Shown: positions 37,345 through 49,291 of the stretch, piece after piece
How the letters are laid out: the number at the start of each line of letters is the position of its first letter
Numbering within the stretch: the first letter of the stretch is position 1
From: Cirrosporium novae-zelandiae
Taxonomy: Eukaryota
NCBI GenBank assembly: GCA_026023565.1
Contig: JAPETS010000012.1
Coordinates: 124,001 to 188,000 of the forward strand
Direction: 5' to 3'
DNA length: 64,000 nucleotides
Notes under the pieces: model-generated
Databases searched by the model: none
Told to the model about the DNA's origin: nothing
Seen by the model: only the letters and a program-made list of their open reading frames with translations
Translations under genes and position numbers: made by a program

Positions 37345-40300
37345 CACCCTGACTAGGTCTCCTCGTGGGATTGTTCATGCTACCCATTTGTTTGTTTCCT
37401 TCTATCAAGTTATCGAAAATGCTTTCCAATATTGGATCTTCCTCATCGTCCATCCGATGCGTTGAACTGGTGATGATCGTCCCTAAACACGGGCTATCAG
37501 CATCGATTTTTGAGATGAGGCAGCCGCAATTATACTTTCATCAACCACCCAGAGCCACAATTGATCCACTCTTAATACACAAGTCTTTTTGCTGTTTTGT
37601 TTGCTAAAATAGCGCGTTACAACCTGATCGCCATCTCGGAAGTCAGTATCGTCTAAAAGAGAATAATAGTATTGGTCTAAAGTCCTTGACTCGTGCACAC
37701 GATTCTTATAGACATTGGTTAGTTGCTCGTGGAGCTTATGCACACTGATGGGTTCCCAATCGTCTGCCGAAATGTTCACATTACTAGGCAGCTTTCCCTT
37801 AGAAAGTTTTTCTAACTGTAGATACGCGTCTCTTTGAGGGTTTTCATTGTCCTTCAAGCTAGGAGCTACTTCTTTTGTGGGGTCTTTCACTGCCGAAAAT
37901 GAGAACGTCAGATAAGGCATCTGCGACCTTGGTCAGAAGGAAAAATCGCACTGCAACGGTCATACGTACGTAAATAGCGGTCCTATAATGGGCGTCGACT
38001 AGGCCTGCATTTAGCTGACTTCCTGCTCTTGACTTTGATTTCACTGCATCATTCTTTATCAGCTTGTCCTCGCTCTGCTTATTTTGAATTTTTTCAGCTG
38101 CTCGATAATTATCTGAACACAACTCTCCATGTTGTTTTTCCCGGTCTGCTTTGACGGCCCCAGGGAAGTTCGATGGTCCACTGATATTTTTTTCCGGTGC
38201 CACTGGTCTTCCCTCTTTCAATTTTTGGTTCTCCGCTTCTGGTCGGTTCACCCTTGAAATGGGTTTTTGCTGCTTTCTTCCTTTTGGCTCTTCGGTATCC
38301 AGCACCTTACTTTCCTGCTAATAAGATCTTTTCAGAGCTTCCCGCTATGCTAGCATATCCGTTAGTCTCTAAGCTATTTTCTTCAATTAAACAGACTTAC
38401 TGTACACAATGGCTTCATGTATCGCACTCGGCCTGCGACCCCTGAGCGCTCGTGCGAACCTCTCTTAACAAACTCACTTAATTCAAAATGCTCTTTATTC
38501 GTCTTACATATCTTTAGCGTCAAGTCCTTGGAAAGTACGTTAATTCACTATATTATAAGCTTTAGATGGAAAGTTTTACCTCAATCCATTCCGTCTAATT
38601 ATAGTTAAGTTAGCCTCATTGCCAGCCATGAATAACACAACTGTTGACTTACATTGTTCACCGCGACATGTATCCATCTAAACCGGAAATGAGAACGAGA
38701 TCCCGCTTGTGCTTTAGCTTCATTTCCACCCGCTGTTGATGTAAGAGCTTGGTATTCTCCATGGTCGATGCATTCAGACCCTGTTGCTGTAGGTTCATCA
38801 ATTGTCTTTAGGGTGTGTCCATCGGATTTTATAGGGGCGGTCCTCCCGCTTCTATCCCCTTCTCGTAGTTCTCGCTCCTGGGCATCATTGATGCCAGACA
38901 TGACTTTCTCCGGCCCATCTCCGTAGATAACTTCAAAGACATTACTTAGACGAGGTTGGAAATCAGTCCGACCATTCTCTTCAAAGAAATCTACGATAGT
39001 AGCGTCAAACTTTTCACACAAGTCTCGCTGCTTGGCTGGAATAGACCGTGTCTTTGGCTCTCCATCAGAATTGCCGGAATAGGCCGCTCCTTCCACGACC
39101 GGAGGTTTGTGGAGAATGTCAAATATTTTTGCATATGCAATTTTTGATGATTCTTTTCCCTTGGTAGCTTTCTCGCTGTCGATGTCTCCTGCGGATCTAC
39201 TCGAATTTCTCTTCATCTTGCCAGCGATGATCTTAGCAATTTTGACGTCCTTTGGTTTGACTCTTTTGGCAAACAGCTCCGAAACTACGCTCCGATGACC
39301 ATGGTAAACTGCCCAGTGCAACGGTGTCCATCCAGTGGAGTCAAACTCTAGCCCTCTTACCTTTTGAGTAGAAAGGTCTTCTTTATAGACCAGCAGCAAT
39401 GTTTCCAGTTTTCCAGCCTTGGCTACTAAATTCGGCGTGTCTTCTAGAGCTCCAACATCCTTTCTCAGATCAGTCAGGGGCATCCCCCACAATAACCGGA
39501 CAGCTGCGAGTTGATAACCTCCATTAACCGCTAGAGAAAGTGGTGCTTTCCCATGCTCCGTCCTTTCCACTATTTTGCTCTGCTATTCTTCCGGATAGAG
39601 CTCTTCTAATTTCACCAATAGTAATGATATAACTGCATCGTGGCCATTTATCGCTGCCAAATGCAGCGCTGTCTCGCCGTTTTTTGACTTGCAGCGAATC
39701 TGATCGGAGACTAAACTATCCTCTAGTAAAGTAAGCACAACTGCGTCATGCCCCTTAATAGCTGCAAGATCTAGTGCGATATGATCGTTCGGATCTTTTG
39801 CCATAATCCCCACACCACTTCGCAAGAGTGCATGTGCAAGATACTGTAGCCCTCTGTGGGCCGCGACATGTAGCAAAGTCTCGCCATCTCTCGCTACTGA
39901 CCGTGGAGACTGAAGATCTTCCCGGTGTTTAAGGTACAAGGTCGCCGCCAGAGGATCTGCTTTATTCAACACCGCCCAGTGAAATAAGGCTTCTTCCTTG
40001 CTGAATGTTTGAGAGTTCCCGAAAAAAAGACGATCAAATAGCCATTCTTGAACCTTCCTAACCTCGCAACGATTCACATGATAAGTATCTTCGGCCTGGG
40101 GATTCTCTAGTAATTTTATTTCTTGCTTCATTAAAAGGAGTACAATGCCCTCCTCATACGCTTCGATAGCCAAGGTAAGTGCAGTAGCCCCATCGTTTCC
40201 TTCTGCGGTAATAGTATCTATATCCAGTTCAGGTAGCAGAAGTTCTATTACACCTGTATAACCATGAGTAACTGCAGAATGTAGCGGTGTCCATCCATTG

Positions 40301-41496
40301 TTGCTCTTATTTTTAACATCAGCACGACTTTTGAGGAAAATCTCTATCACCTCTTTTTTCCCGTGGGCAGCAGCCATATACAAGGCTGTCAAAGTAGAAC
40401 GAGTAGCTTTTGCTTCAATATTCGTGCCGTGCTTCAAGAGCACTTTAACAACTGATGCATGTCCTTTCGCAACTGCTAGATGAAGTGCTGTTCACCCGTT
40501 GCTATCCTTGGATGGTATATCTGCCCCACGTTGAAGACATGTCTCCACAGTCAGATTGCAGTCCTCTCCGGCAGCTATGTAGGGCGCCACTTCACTGAAC
40601 GTAGCTATAGTGGTAGCCCCGATGTCTGCGTCGTGAAACAGTAGGAGCTCTACAACTTTGGCTTCGCCAATCTGAGAAGCAATATGTAAGGGAGTCCATC
40701 CACCGGATCTTCCTTCGAGCAACACACTCTTTATGTTAATCTCACTAGCACGTGATAAGATCTTCGCCATAATATCTGATGCACAGTATCGAGCAGCTAG
40801 ATATAGTGTAAACTTTTCACGGTCCGCATCATAGCCGTTCTCGTGCATTTCAAACTTGGCTTCGATATTCGCGCCCTGATCTAGGAGTGTCTGAAATTTT
40901 TCTGCATCTTTATCCATAATTGCCTTGAGGATATCTTTATTCTTCTTTGTAACTTCATCAGGATCATTCGTTGTTGGTGAGGAAGCCTGACCTTCAAGGC
41001 ATTTGGCTTCATCATTCCCAGCTCCCGAGGCGGGACCTTGGTCAGCCTCATTCTGTCGAACTATTATATCACTCTCAATTTGGTCGGCTTTGTCCGTAGG
41101 AGGCACTACACGACACTTTTCGTGGGGTTCAGGCTTGCAGCCGATGTATTCAGCTTCGGAGTGAGCTGTATCGTTGCGAGACGGTTCAGGAACACTTAGA
41201 GCAGCAGGATTTACTGGAGAAGCAGGATCTCCATCTGGTTCGAGGTCATCAAATGTAACAATATCCCCCTCTTTAGCGGTCATATGAGCTGGAGTAGGTT
41301 GGTCATTTAACTGTCCGGTCGCCTGCTCTTCATTACCAGTACGAAGAGCTCCACCATTTAGATCGGTTGTTTTCTCTCCAGAATTCTGGTCGGTTCTAGG
41401 TTCAATCGTTTCTTCGTCCTGTGCCATTGATCCAGACCCTGGATTTGAGACTGTCTCAACCTCATCGATTTCTCGGGGCGTATTGTTGTCGGCCAT
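37345..41496 (-). pseudogene. Ankyrin-repeat plus CorA-like-domain gene, interrupted by in-frame stops and truncated at the 3' end
   Basis: About 10 ankyrin repeats (GWTPLH, GETALHLAA), then RWIHVAVNN/TEWIE/DL, MPYLTF, HESRTLDQYYY..RDGDQVV and LRVDQLWLW, motifs of fungal Ank-CorA-like proteins. In-frame TGA at 40492 and TAG at 39583. Similarity ends near 37345 with no C-terminal TM helices. Confidence 0.75.
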
Positions 41497-43560
41497 AGCT
41501 AATATGTCATTCGGATATATAAACAATAGTATATAATTTTCAGCGTGTATAAGCTTGGGAACCATCTGAGTGCTCTTCCGAAGACACCCTCCGTTGAAGA
41601 GGTGACTGCTTAAAAGGATAAGAACGGGGAATCCTTACGCCGTGATTGAACCTCATTGAAGGCTATCAGCTTCGATAACTTAGCTGCAAGCTGCCGCGGC
41701 CTTTCTGCAAGCCATTTTTTGTAGCAGAGGTCTTGCAGCACCATAGCCAATAGTATATAAAGAACCGGAAAGCCGTATTCGAAGGCCCTAAATGCTATTT
41801 CCTAAATTTGATGCATGCAGCATTGGGCATTATGGAAAGGCTGAGGATCTCCGAAGCAAAGAGGGGGATTAGGTTAGCGCGGCCCGTACCAAGCACATGC
41901 CAAGAGCCATTCACATGTTCGACGGTACGTTCAGTTAATTCTACATGGTATAAATCTCTTAGGGACCTAAAAGAACCTGGGGGCTGGCTATATAAGCCCA
42001 AAAGAGCGCTAAGCCTAACATAGAAGCCGCCTTTAGTAGCCTAGGGCACATACCCTCGTCGCCTGAGGCTACAATAAAGGTCTACTCTTTCTTAACCAAA
42101 TCACAATCGCCATTGTTCAAAACCACTCTTTCACACAACCAATGTAATTGACCCAACCAAAAACATTCCTCTCTCGACTTTTACCACCATCGGAATATTA
42201 AGACTATAAATCTAAACACAAAACAACAAAAAACTATACGCTCAACTTCCTATTCCTAATCTTCCAGCCACATATAACCTCAACCAATCAACCAAAATAA
42301 TCTCAACTCATAAAGAACCCAGGACCTGGTCAGCCAGTCGCTCAATCAGCCAGTCTATCCGTCTGCCATTACTAAAACCAAAAAAAACCCTCCAAACTAC
42401 TAACTGGACATATTATGAAAGCGAATGTAAGAGTTGAGAAATTTCTTTCAGATAGGGAAGGGGGGGTTTTTGTTGTGTGTGTGCATGTGTATGTGCGTAG
42501 GACAGTGGAACAGGTGGTTCAAAAAGATCCCCCCCGTCTTCGATATCAGGAAAGAGAAGAATGAATCTAGAGAATTGAAACCATATCTACAATAACAGCC
42601 TGCCAGCTAGACAACTAGCAAGTACTCCCAAAAAGAAAATGAAAATAAACACAAGCCCTCAAAAGAAGAAGAAAAAGAAGAACAAAGTTATCAACTACTA
42701 CTTACTTACCTTTCCCTCCCTTTTCCAGATTGCAAGACCTTTCTATGCCTTATTGTAATCCACAAAAAGGAAGTCAAGATAAACTTAAATCAAATCATCG
42801 ATTCAAAACGAGTTTCAATCAACCTTACTTATCTACCCCCCCTGAAACCCCAAGCCCTCAAAAAAAGAAAGATAAGAGATATCTAAAGTGAATTCTAAGT
42901 TGGTTGCCTGGGTCACTCTACTCAAGTACAGGTTAGGGATATAACCCTGCTGCAACAAACCCCTAGACCCCTAATTAGTGTGTAAACCCGTTATCTAAAC
43001 CATAAAAGCAAAAAATACCTAAAATTTAAGTTTTCAGAAGGAGGAGGAGGATTTTAGAGCTTTGATAATTTATCTAGGTGCCTAGGAAATCGTTGGTTTC
43101 AAGGAAGTATGTATGATAGTGATAGTGATGACGACAATGGCCCTGCTGCCTTGAAGAAGTGAGTCTATGAGGGCATGTGGAGGGGTGGTTGGGATTAGGT
43201 TTTTTTTAAGATTTAAAAGATTTTGAAGGTTAAGTAAGTTTTATGGCTTGGTTCTTTTTGTTATACATTATATATGTACTTATTGTCCATGTACATGTAC
43301 ATACATATAGAGTAGGCGGGGTTGATATACGGGATATATATGGGGTTTGGGGGGGGAGGTTCTATCATAACAATAACAAGAGAAAAAAATAGGCAACAGA
43401 AGGGGAACTATATGCCGCTCTTAATCGCTTGTTGACAAAAGGAATAAAGACAAAACATAAGAGAAAAAACCATGACGTTTGACGATTATCAAAAACCGAA
43501 AGGGGAATATTGGTATCTTCTCCTCCTTTTCCTCCTCTTCCTCATTAGCCACCACCAACC

Positions 43561-44677
43561 TTACCGCTCACTCCCATCACTACTCCTCAACAGAATCCCA
43601 TCACTCATTCCACCCTTCCCAAGAGCAAACCGACTACCGAGTCCCCTCCCTGCATTCTTCGAGAACTTCAACCCCCTTCTTCTGAACCCAATATATGGCA
43701 AAAACATACCAGGATGCACACACACGAACGCGGCTACCACCACAAAAATCAGTAGTGCATCTAGGCAGTAAAAGTAGACTTCATTATCCGACAGTGTATT
43801 ATGAACCCCGAGGACAAATTCCAGGAATCGGTAAACAGAACGGATGAGGATGGTGGCGCTGGCGGCATTGACAGTGGTGAGAAGGAACCGCCAGTTCGTT
43901 TCTGTGGGCAAGGGGAGGGAATTGAGTTTCGTGCGCAATACGAAGGCAAAGCGCATGCTGGCAAGGACGAAGAACCCAAAGGTTACAAGTTGAATGCCGA
44001 GGCCGACGAGGACGACGTTTTTGCCTTTGTTGGCTTTGGTGGTTGTGTCGGCGCTGGCGACCATGGCACCACCGACACATTGCACGGCGAAGCTGAGGAC
44101 GTCGAAGGAGACGAATAGGGGAGTTATGTAGCGAAAGGGCATCCAGAGCTGGCGGAAGGTTTGGTGAGACTTTGGAACCACCCAGAGCACGATGCGCCCG
44201 AAGGCCATGTAGCAGGCCGCAGCCATGACGGCAGGGGCTATCAGGATCAGAACTGTTTGGATGATGAAGGCGTTTTTGTTGTCTAGATGTTTGACTGAGA
44301 ACGCGCGCGCGACATAGCCGATGAGTTCCACTGTTTGTTAAAGGGGTAGTTAGTTGACTGTATCTGTGTGTAATAGGTAGGGATGGGAAATACGAACGGG
44401 CAACTGAAAACAACATGGGCCACCAGAACCAAGCTCGATACCAGAAATATTGGATCAGATTCGCTAGCAGGATAATCACGTAGAGGGCGAGGAATATGAC
44501 AGCCGCTGCGAACGAGGGGGCGTAATTGTATCGCCCTTCTGTCGCCAGTTCCTCTGGCGTTTTACCATTAATTGCGGAGGTTCGGCTTGTAAGTTGTTGG
44601 GCATCGCGAGTTATAAACTCGTGTGCCATGGGATATAAGATCTCCGCCATAGCGGCGGAAACTATAACGGGAGCCAT
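43561..44677 (-). CDS. RTA1-like 7-TM protein; intron 44331-44397
   Basis: YNYAPSFAAAVIF, ELIGYVAR, LIAPAVMAAACYMAFGR, FVSFDVLSFAVQ..GG, GLGIQL, IRSVYRFLEF, EVYFYCLDA and HPG. Confidence 0.92.
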
Positions 44678-45635
44678 TGTCGGGTGGGGTGGAGGATTGG
44701 TTGGACTAAGAGGGTATAGAAGTAGATGAGTAGGAAGGGGAGCCAATCCAACCGAAGGAAATATCAAGCCAAGTCAAATCCAAGGAAATATATAAGCAGA
44801 TGGAAATTCAATAAATGGATAGACGGTGACGGTGATAATAATGAGATGATAATTAAGGTGGGCCTTGGACACAAATATATATTCCTGTCAACTCCCTCCA
44901 GCAAAACTACTTCATCATGCCTAAAAAGAACTCCACTCCCATATACCATAGCGATGGGCCATGCACGATTCCTGCCAACTCCAAAATTCGCAAGCCTATC
45001 CTATTCCATACTCTTTGTTACAAGTGTCTCGAGTTTAAACAAAGCCACAAGCAAGCTCTTTTTCGTCCCCGTTAAGCAATAAAAATCAATTTCTCCCTCC
45101 CTCTTCGATTAACAAGGCTGTGCAAATGCATACATCTAGCATGTTGATACTTCAACTAGTTCCGAAAGCAAGGCTGGAATGAAAAGGGTGTTCAGGCCTT
45201 AAAACTATTCGAGGGGGGTGTCTTAGATGGCGAGGAAAGACATTATAACATGAATCGCGTGGCTAATGCGTAAAATTCGCAACGCTAACTGGATTAGGAA
45301 TGAACCAGCTCAGGTTCAAACAATGCAAACATTATTTAAGGCTGATCATTGCGAATCGTTTAATTTTCAGGATGGAAGGATTTTAGCTATGCCCCTCTCG
45401 GGTTATTTCTGCAAGTATGTCCCCGTTATCACGACGCCACACTCCTCGGCCATCGGACTTCCGGCTTTTAGCCAGGCATCAAACCCATCGGCACGGGTGA
45501 AAGAGAAAGTCCGTACTCACACATTTGGCTACATATTACAGTAGATGGATATGCCTTTTTTTAAAATAAATATATTAGTACTATTCCTGGCAACTTCCAC
45601 TTGCGACGCGTCCAATGGGCAGAGCAACGTCTTTT

Positions 45636-48239
45636 TTACGAGCGAATATCGCCGATGCACCCCTTTGCCTTTTCCTCCCATCCTTCATTCACCCCCTTTT
45701 CATTAAGCCAATTTCTCGCTTTCTCAACAACCAGCTCCCATGACTCTTCGTCCCCCTTCAACATGGTCTCGAAGAATATAATCGCTATCATGGTAGCTCC
45801 AATGTCATTTTCGGAGAGTCCAAATTTCGTCAACTCGTTCCGACTTTGCACATTGCAAAGAGTAAGTAAATTATTATTTAGGGTGAAGCTGCCATCAAAG
45901 TGCTGGAGCCCGATAAGTTGTTGAAGTTTGCTATCTGCTTCGCTGGGAGGTGGTGGGGGAGCTGGAGAGTCATCCATCTTGGCCATATAGCATACTGCCG
46001 GTACTGCGTTGGAAGGGTCACTACCAACAGTGTTTATACCAAAACTTTTATGCTTCACATAATTGCTCCTACGGGCGCAAGCGGCGCCTTCGGTGCTTAT
46101 AAGCCGAATTTGCTGAGTACGAACCGCGATCCCCCCTGGTTTTGCGAATTCACATCTCTCGTCCGTCCCATGTACCTCTAGAGCATAGCCAGGCTTGTTG
46201 TTCTCCAATGCAACAAAGGAACACCACTTGCCTCCCACTTGGAAGGTCACACCAAGTCGTACTGCTTCGCGCTCGACCATATCCTCGTAACGACCCTCAA
46301 AGGCTTCCCTAAGCTTCTTTCCTTCCTTTGTAGTGGCCTCTCGCAACCATCCTCGACCTTCTTCTAGGTCGAGAACGGCTTTCTTGGCCGCGAGCTGATG
46401 AATTGTCTCGCCATTTCCAACGTCCTGAACGGAAATTTCGAGTTCCAGAGGTCCGGAATCAGACGTGGCCTTTAGAATAACGGACTGGGGCGTACCTTTA
46501 CAGGCTTCCGGGGTGATAAGAAGGTATATAGAGGTCCTATTGAATGGGAAAAGAGGGGGAATCTTTTGTGGGGCTTGAAGCAACTTCGGTAGAATGACTT
46601 CGGGTAGGTGGTTGTATCGTCCTTTTGGTTCCTCCTTGGGCTCACCTACATTGCTAGAAGTATTGTAGAGAGAAATTGGAGCTTTATCTGCTGACTTTGT
46701 GTCCTTGCTCGTGATGGGCTTGGTCTTTTCTCCTGTGGGATCATGTGTTGCAAGCCCTTGAAGGCCTTCAGTAACACTTTCCACCATTTCGAAATCGGTG
46801 TCATCTGTATCTTGGACATATTTGACTTCCAACGTGTAGTTGTCAATATGTGGGGATAGAGCACCCTTCAACATCCGAACGACCTTCTTATCAAATTTCT
46901 CATTATCCCCAACTAACTGGGCAAATCCTTTTCCAGCACGAGCAATACCTTCGATCAAGCTATGTGAAACCGACACACCGATACCTAGACTGAAGAACCG
47001 AATAGGATATTGGGAAGTGGATTCGGTAATAAAGTCGAATAATTCATTCTGCCGCCAAATTTCGCCATCAGTAAGAATCATAACTTCAAGTTGCATATCT
47101 TTGTATCTATTTTCCACCGTAGCCTTTACAGGTTCAAGCATTTCAGTTCCACCAAAGTCGGCATCGATGCTTTCGCAGAAACTCAAAGCGTGATCTAAGT
47201 TACTCTGGTTGTATGATTTGCTCTGTTTCCACAAGAAAGAATATTTGGTGCCGAATGAGCAGATGTTAAATTTAACGCCGACAGGTAAAGATTTGAGGAA
47301 GGTTGTCAAGGCGGATTTGAGAGACTGGACCTTGCCCCCCATACTTCCACTTCTATCAATGACAAAGACAATTTCTGGTCGAATCTGTGGCAGATTGGAT
47401 TTTGGAACTAATGTAGCCATCAAGGCTCGGTAGCCTAGCTTTGGATGATGCTCAAGCAGTGTCTTTGGCTTTCCCGTCACATTCGTCCGAACTAGGAGAA
47501 TGAAGTCTTTCTCGAGCTCGCACTTTTCAAGAGCAAGTTTTGCCGATGCTTGGCTAGGGTTCATACTATCTTTGCTGGCGGTTGAAATTTGGCCAATGGT
47601 CACACCAATTTGATGACTAGGAGATACAATTTCTTTAACGAAGGCGTCATTTTCCAAGGTAATATCAACAATAACATCAAGACCGCCATAAACGGGAGTT
47701 TCTAAACCGGGAACAAGGCTATGTTCTATAAGTGATCCATAACGAGGAGCGATGATAGTGGGGATGGTGAACCGGATGCCATCAGTTTCAGAGTCATGCT
47801 TGAGCTCCCCAATGTAAGTTATCTCCACTACGACCTTTTCATTAGCAGGGATATTGCCCAGGAAGGCAGTAAAGCAGTCCGAGGCTGCAGGAAGTTGTTC
47901 AAGAAGACCTGCAGCCTCACCACGCTCCGTGGCCTCTTTAAATTCTGTTTTAGCTTGCTCCTTCTCCTTGACGATTCCTTTGATGACTTTGGGACCGATA
48001 CAACAAGAGAACTCGATGACAGTCACTCCATCATAAAGGGGGAAAGCATATTGTACCTCGTTAATGGGGTCTGGTCGGCCATTGAAGAATGTTTGGGTCA
48101 ATGTAGTTCTCGAGATATCTGAGAGAATGGCACTTTTGGCAACAGTACTGATCTGCGGTAAGTAGGATTTTACAGTTTGACTGTATTGATCCAGCACTGG
48201 CAAGTAACAGCCACAATATGTCATGTTATATGAGGTCAT
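45636..48239 (-). CDS. VIT + von Willebrand factor A domain protein (VWA5A-like)
   Basis: VIT region SRTTLTQTF..YAFPLYDG..GIVKEKEQAK..AGLLEQ..GNIP; MIDAS motif FVIDRSGSM; GGTEML; ILTDGEIW; RFFSLGIG. Likely start MTSYNMTYCGCY. Confidence 0.92.
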   Translation of the reverse strand: MTSYNMTYCGCYLPVLDQYSQTVKSYLPQISTVAKSAILSDISRTTLTQTFFNGRPDPINEVQYAFPLYDGVTVIEFSCCIGPKVIKGIVKEKEQAKTEFKEATERGEAAGLLEQLPAASDCFTAFLGNIPANEKVVVEITYIGELKHDSETDGIRFTIPTIIAPRYGSLIEHSLVPGLETPVYGGLDVIVDITLENDAFVKEIVSPSHQIGVTIGQISTASKDSMNPSQASAKLALEKCELEKDFILLVRTNVTGKPKTLLEHHPKLGYRALMATLVPKSNLPQIRPEIVFVIDRSGSMGGKVQSLKSALTTFLKSLPVGVKFNICSFGTKYSFLWKQSKSYNQSNLDHALSFCESIDADFGGTEMLEPVKATVENRYKDMQLEVMILTDGEIWRQNELFDFITESTSQYPIRFFSLGIGVSVSHSLIEGIARAGKGFAQLVGDNEKFDKKVVRMLKGALSPHIDNYTLEVKYVQDTDDTDFEMVESVTEGLQGLATHDPTGEKTKPITSKDTKSADKAPISLYNTSSNVGEPKEEPKGRYNHLPEVILPKLLQAPQKIPPLFPFNRTSIYLLITPEACKGTPQSVILKATSDSGPLELEISVQDVGNGETIHQLAAKKAVLDLEEGRGWLREATTKEGKKLREAFEGRYEDMVEREAVRLGVTFQVGGKWCSFVALENNKPGYALEVHGTDERCEFAKPGGIAVRTQQIRLISTEGAACARRSNYVKHKSFGINTVGSDPSNAVPAVCYMAKMDDSPAPPPPPSEADSKLQQLIGLQHFDGSFTLNNNLLTLCNVQSRNELTKFGLSENDIGATMIAIIFFETMLKGDEESWELVVEKARNWLNEKGVNEGWEEKAKGCIGDIRS

Positions 48240-49291
48240 TTCGATTGTTGCGAATGGTGGGAGGGTGTTTAATAATTCAGTTTCAAAAATTCTTAATTTG
48301 ATGAAGAAGAATTTCTGAACAGGGGGGGGGAAGTGAAGGCTATTTATGTGACTGTTGAACACCCATTCTTTCAAGGTAGGCAGCAGTGTAAGCCAAGGTG
48401 TTATTACGCATGGAATTATAAACATCCAACGGGAAGGCGCCAGTAAACCCTAGGCTAAGTCATTGATTGAACCTTTGAAAGGACGAGCCAATGGCAAAAG
48501 AGGGGAAACTATAGATATGGGAAGAATACCTTGTTTGAAGCCCTGAGTTGACGTATGCAGCAATCAACGAATTATATCCTCGAAGCTTTGAAGCAAATTG
48601 AGGCTGCGGTCCCGACTAGAGATGAAAATCATTTGGATTTTTTGGCATGATCCATCTCCATTATTGATATCTTCTGATACCTACCTTAATATCTACCTGG
48701 GTTGGAAGGCGTTTATAAGGTGGAGTGGCGAGGCTACAAGGCTGCAAGGTTTATCAACCAACCACAACACATAAATCACCTTACTATGCAGAGAATTATT
48801 CACTTTCGTATTCCACGAAGAAAATAATGATGATTCTAAAGTGTAAGTTCGATCTCAATGACTTAATTGATTGTTTGTTAATTAGCCTGGGTGTTGTTAT
48901 AGGGCTGTCTGTATAGCCGGGTTCAATTGCAGGATTGGTATGTCTAGATACCTCAAGCAAGGATACCGAACTTCATTTGGTTCCCCGCTCCATCTCTGCT
49001 GGACATCACATAGCCACATGTGATGTTGAACTCAGTACCTACTTATGTAGGCACCCACGCATCTAACAAATCTTGCTCTCTTTCTTTTCATGTCTCGGGG
49101 ATAATTATACCCAATAGATTCTATCAACTGAGAGCATCAGAACCACGACGTGCTATGACGTTATTACTACTCACTTCATCGATTTTCTCTAACAAATAAC
49201 CGAGTATAATTATTGTATGCTTCTAAAGCTTGAGCTTCATCGGAGCCATTACTCTCATCCTCATACTTTCGAAAGTACATAGCTCCCAAGA

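Noticed and set aside
42931..42948. ggttagggatataaccct, considered as a telomerase RNA template or telomere seed
   Set aside because: Single isolated units only, with no supporting structure visible; expected by chance.
48240..48425. N-terminal extension of the 929-aa VIT-VWA ORF
   Set aside because: Looks like promoter/5' UTR (TATA-like ataaatag, pyrimidine tract); family-like sequence begins at MTSYNMTYCGCY.
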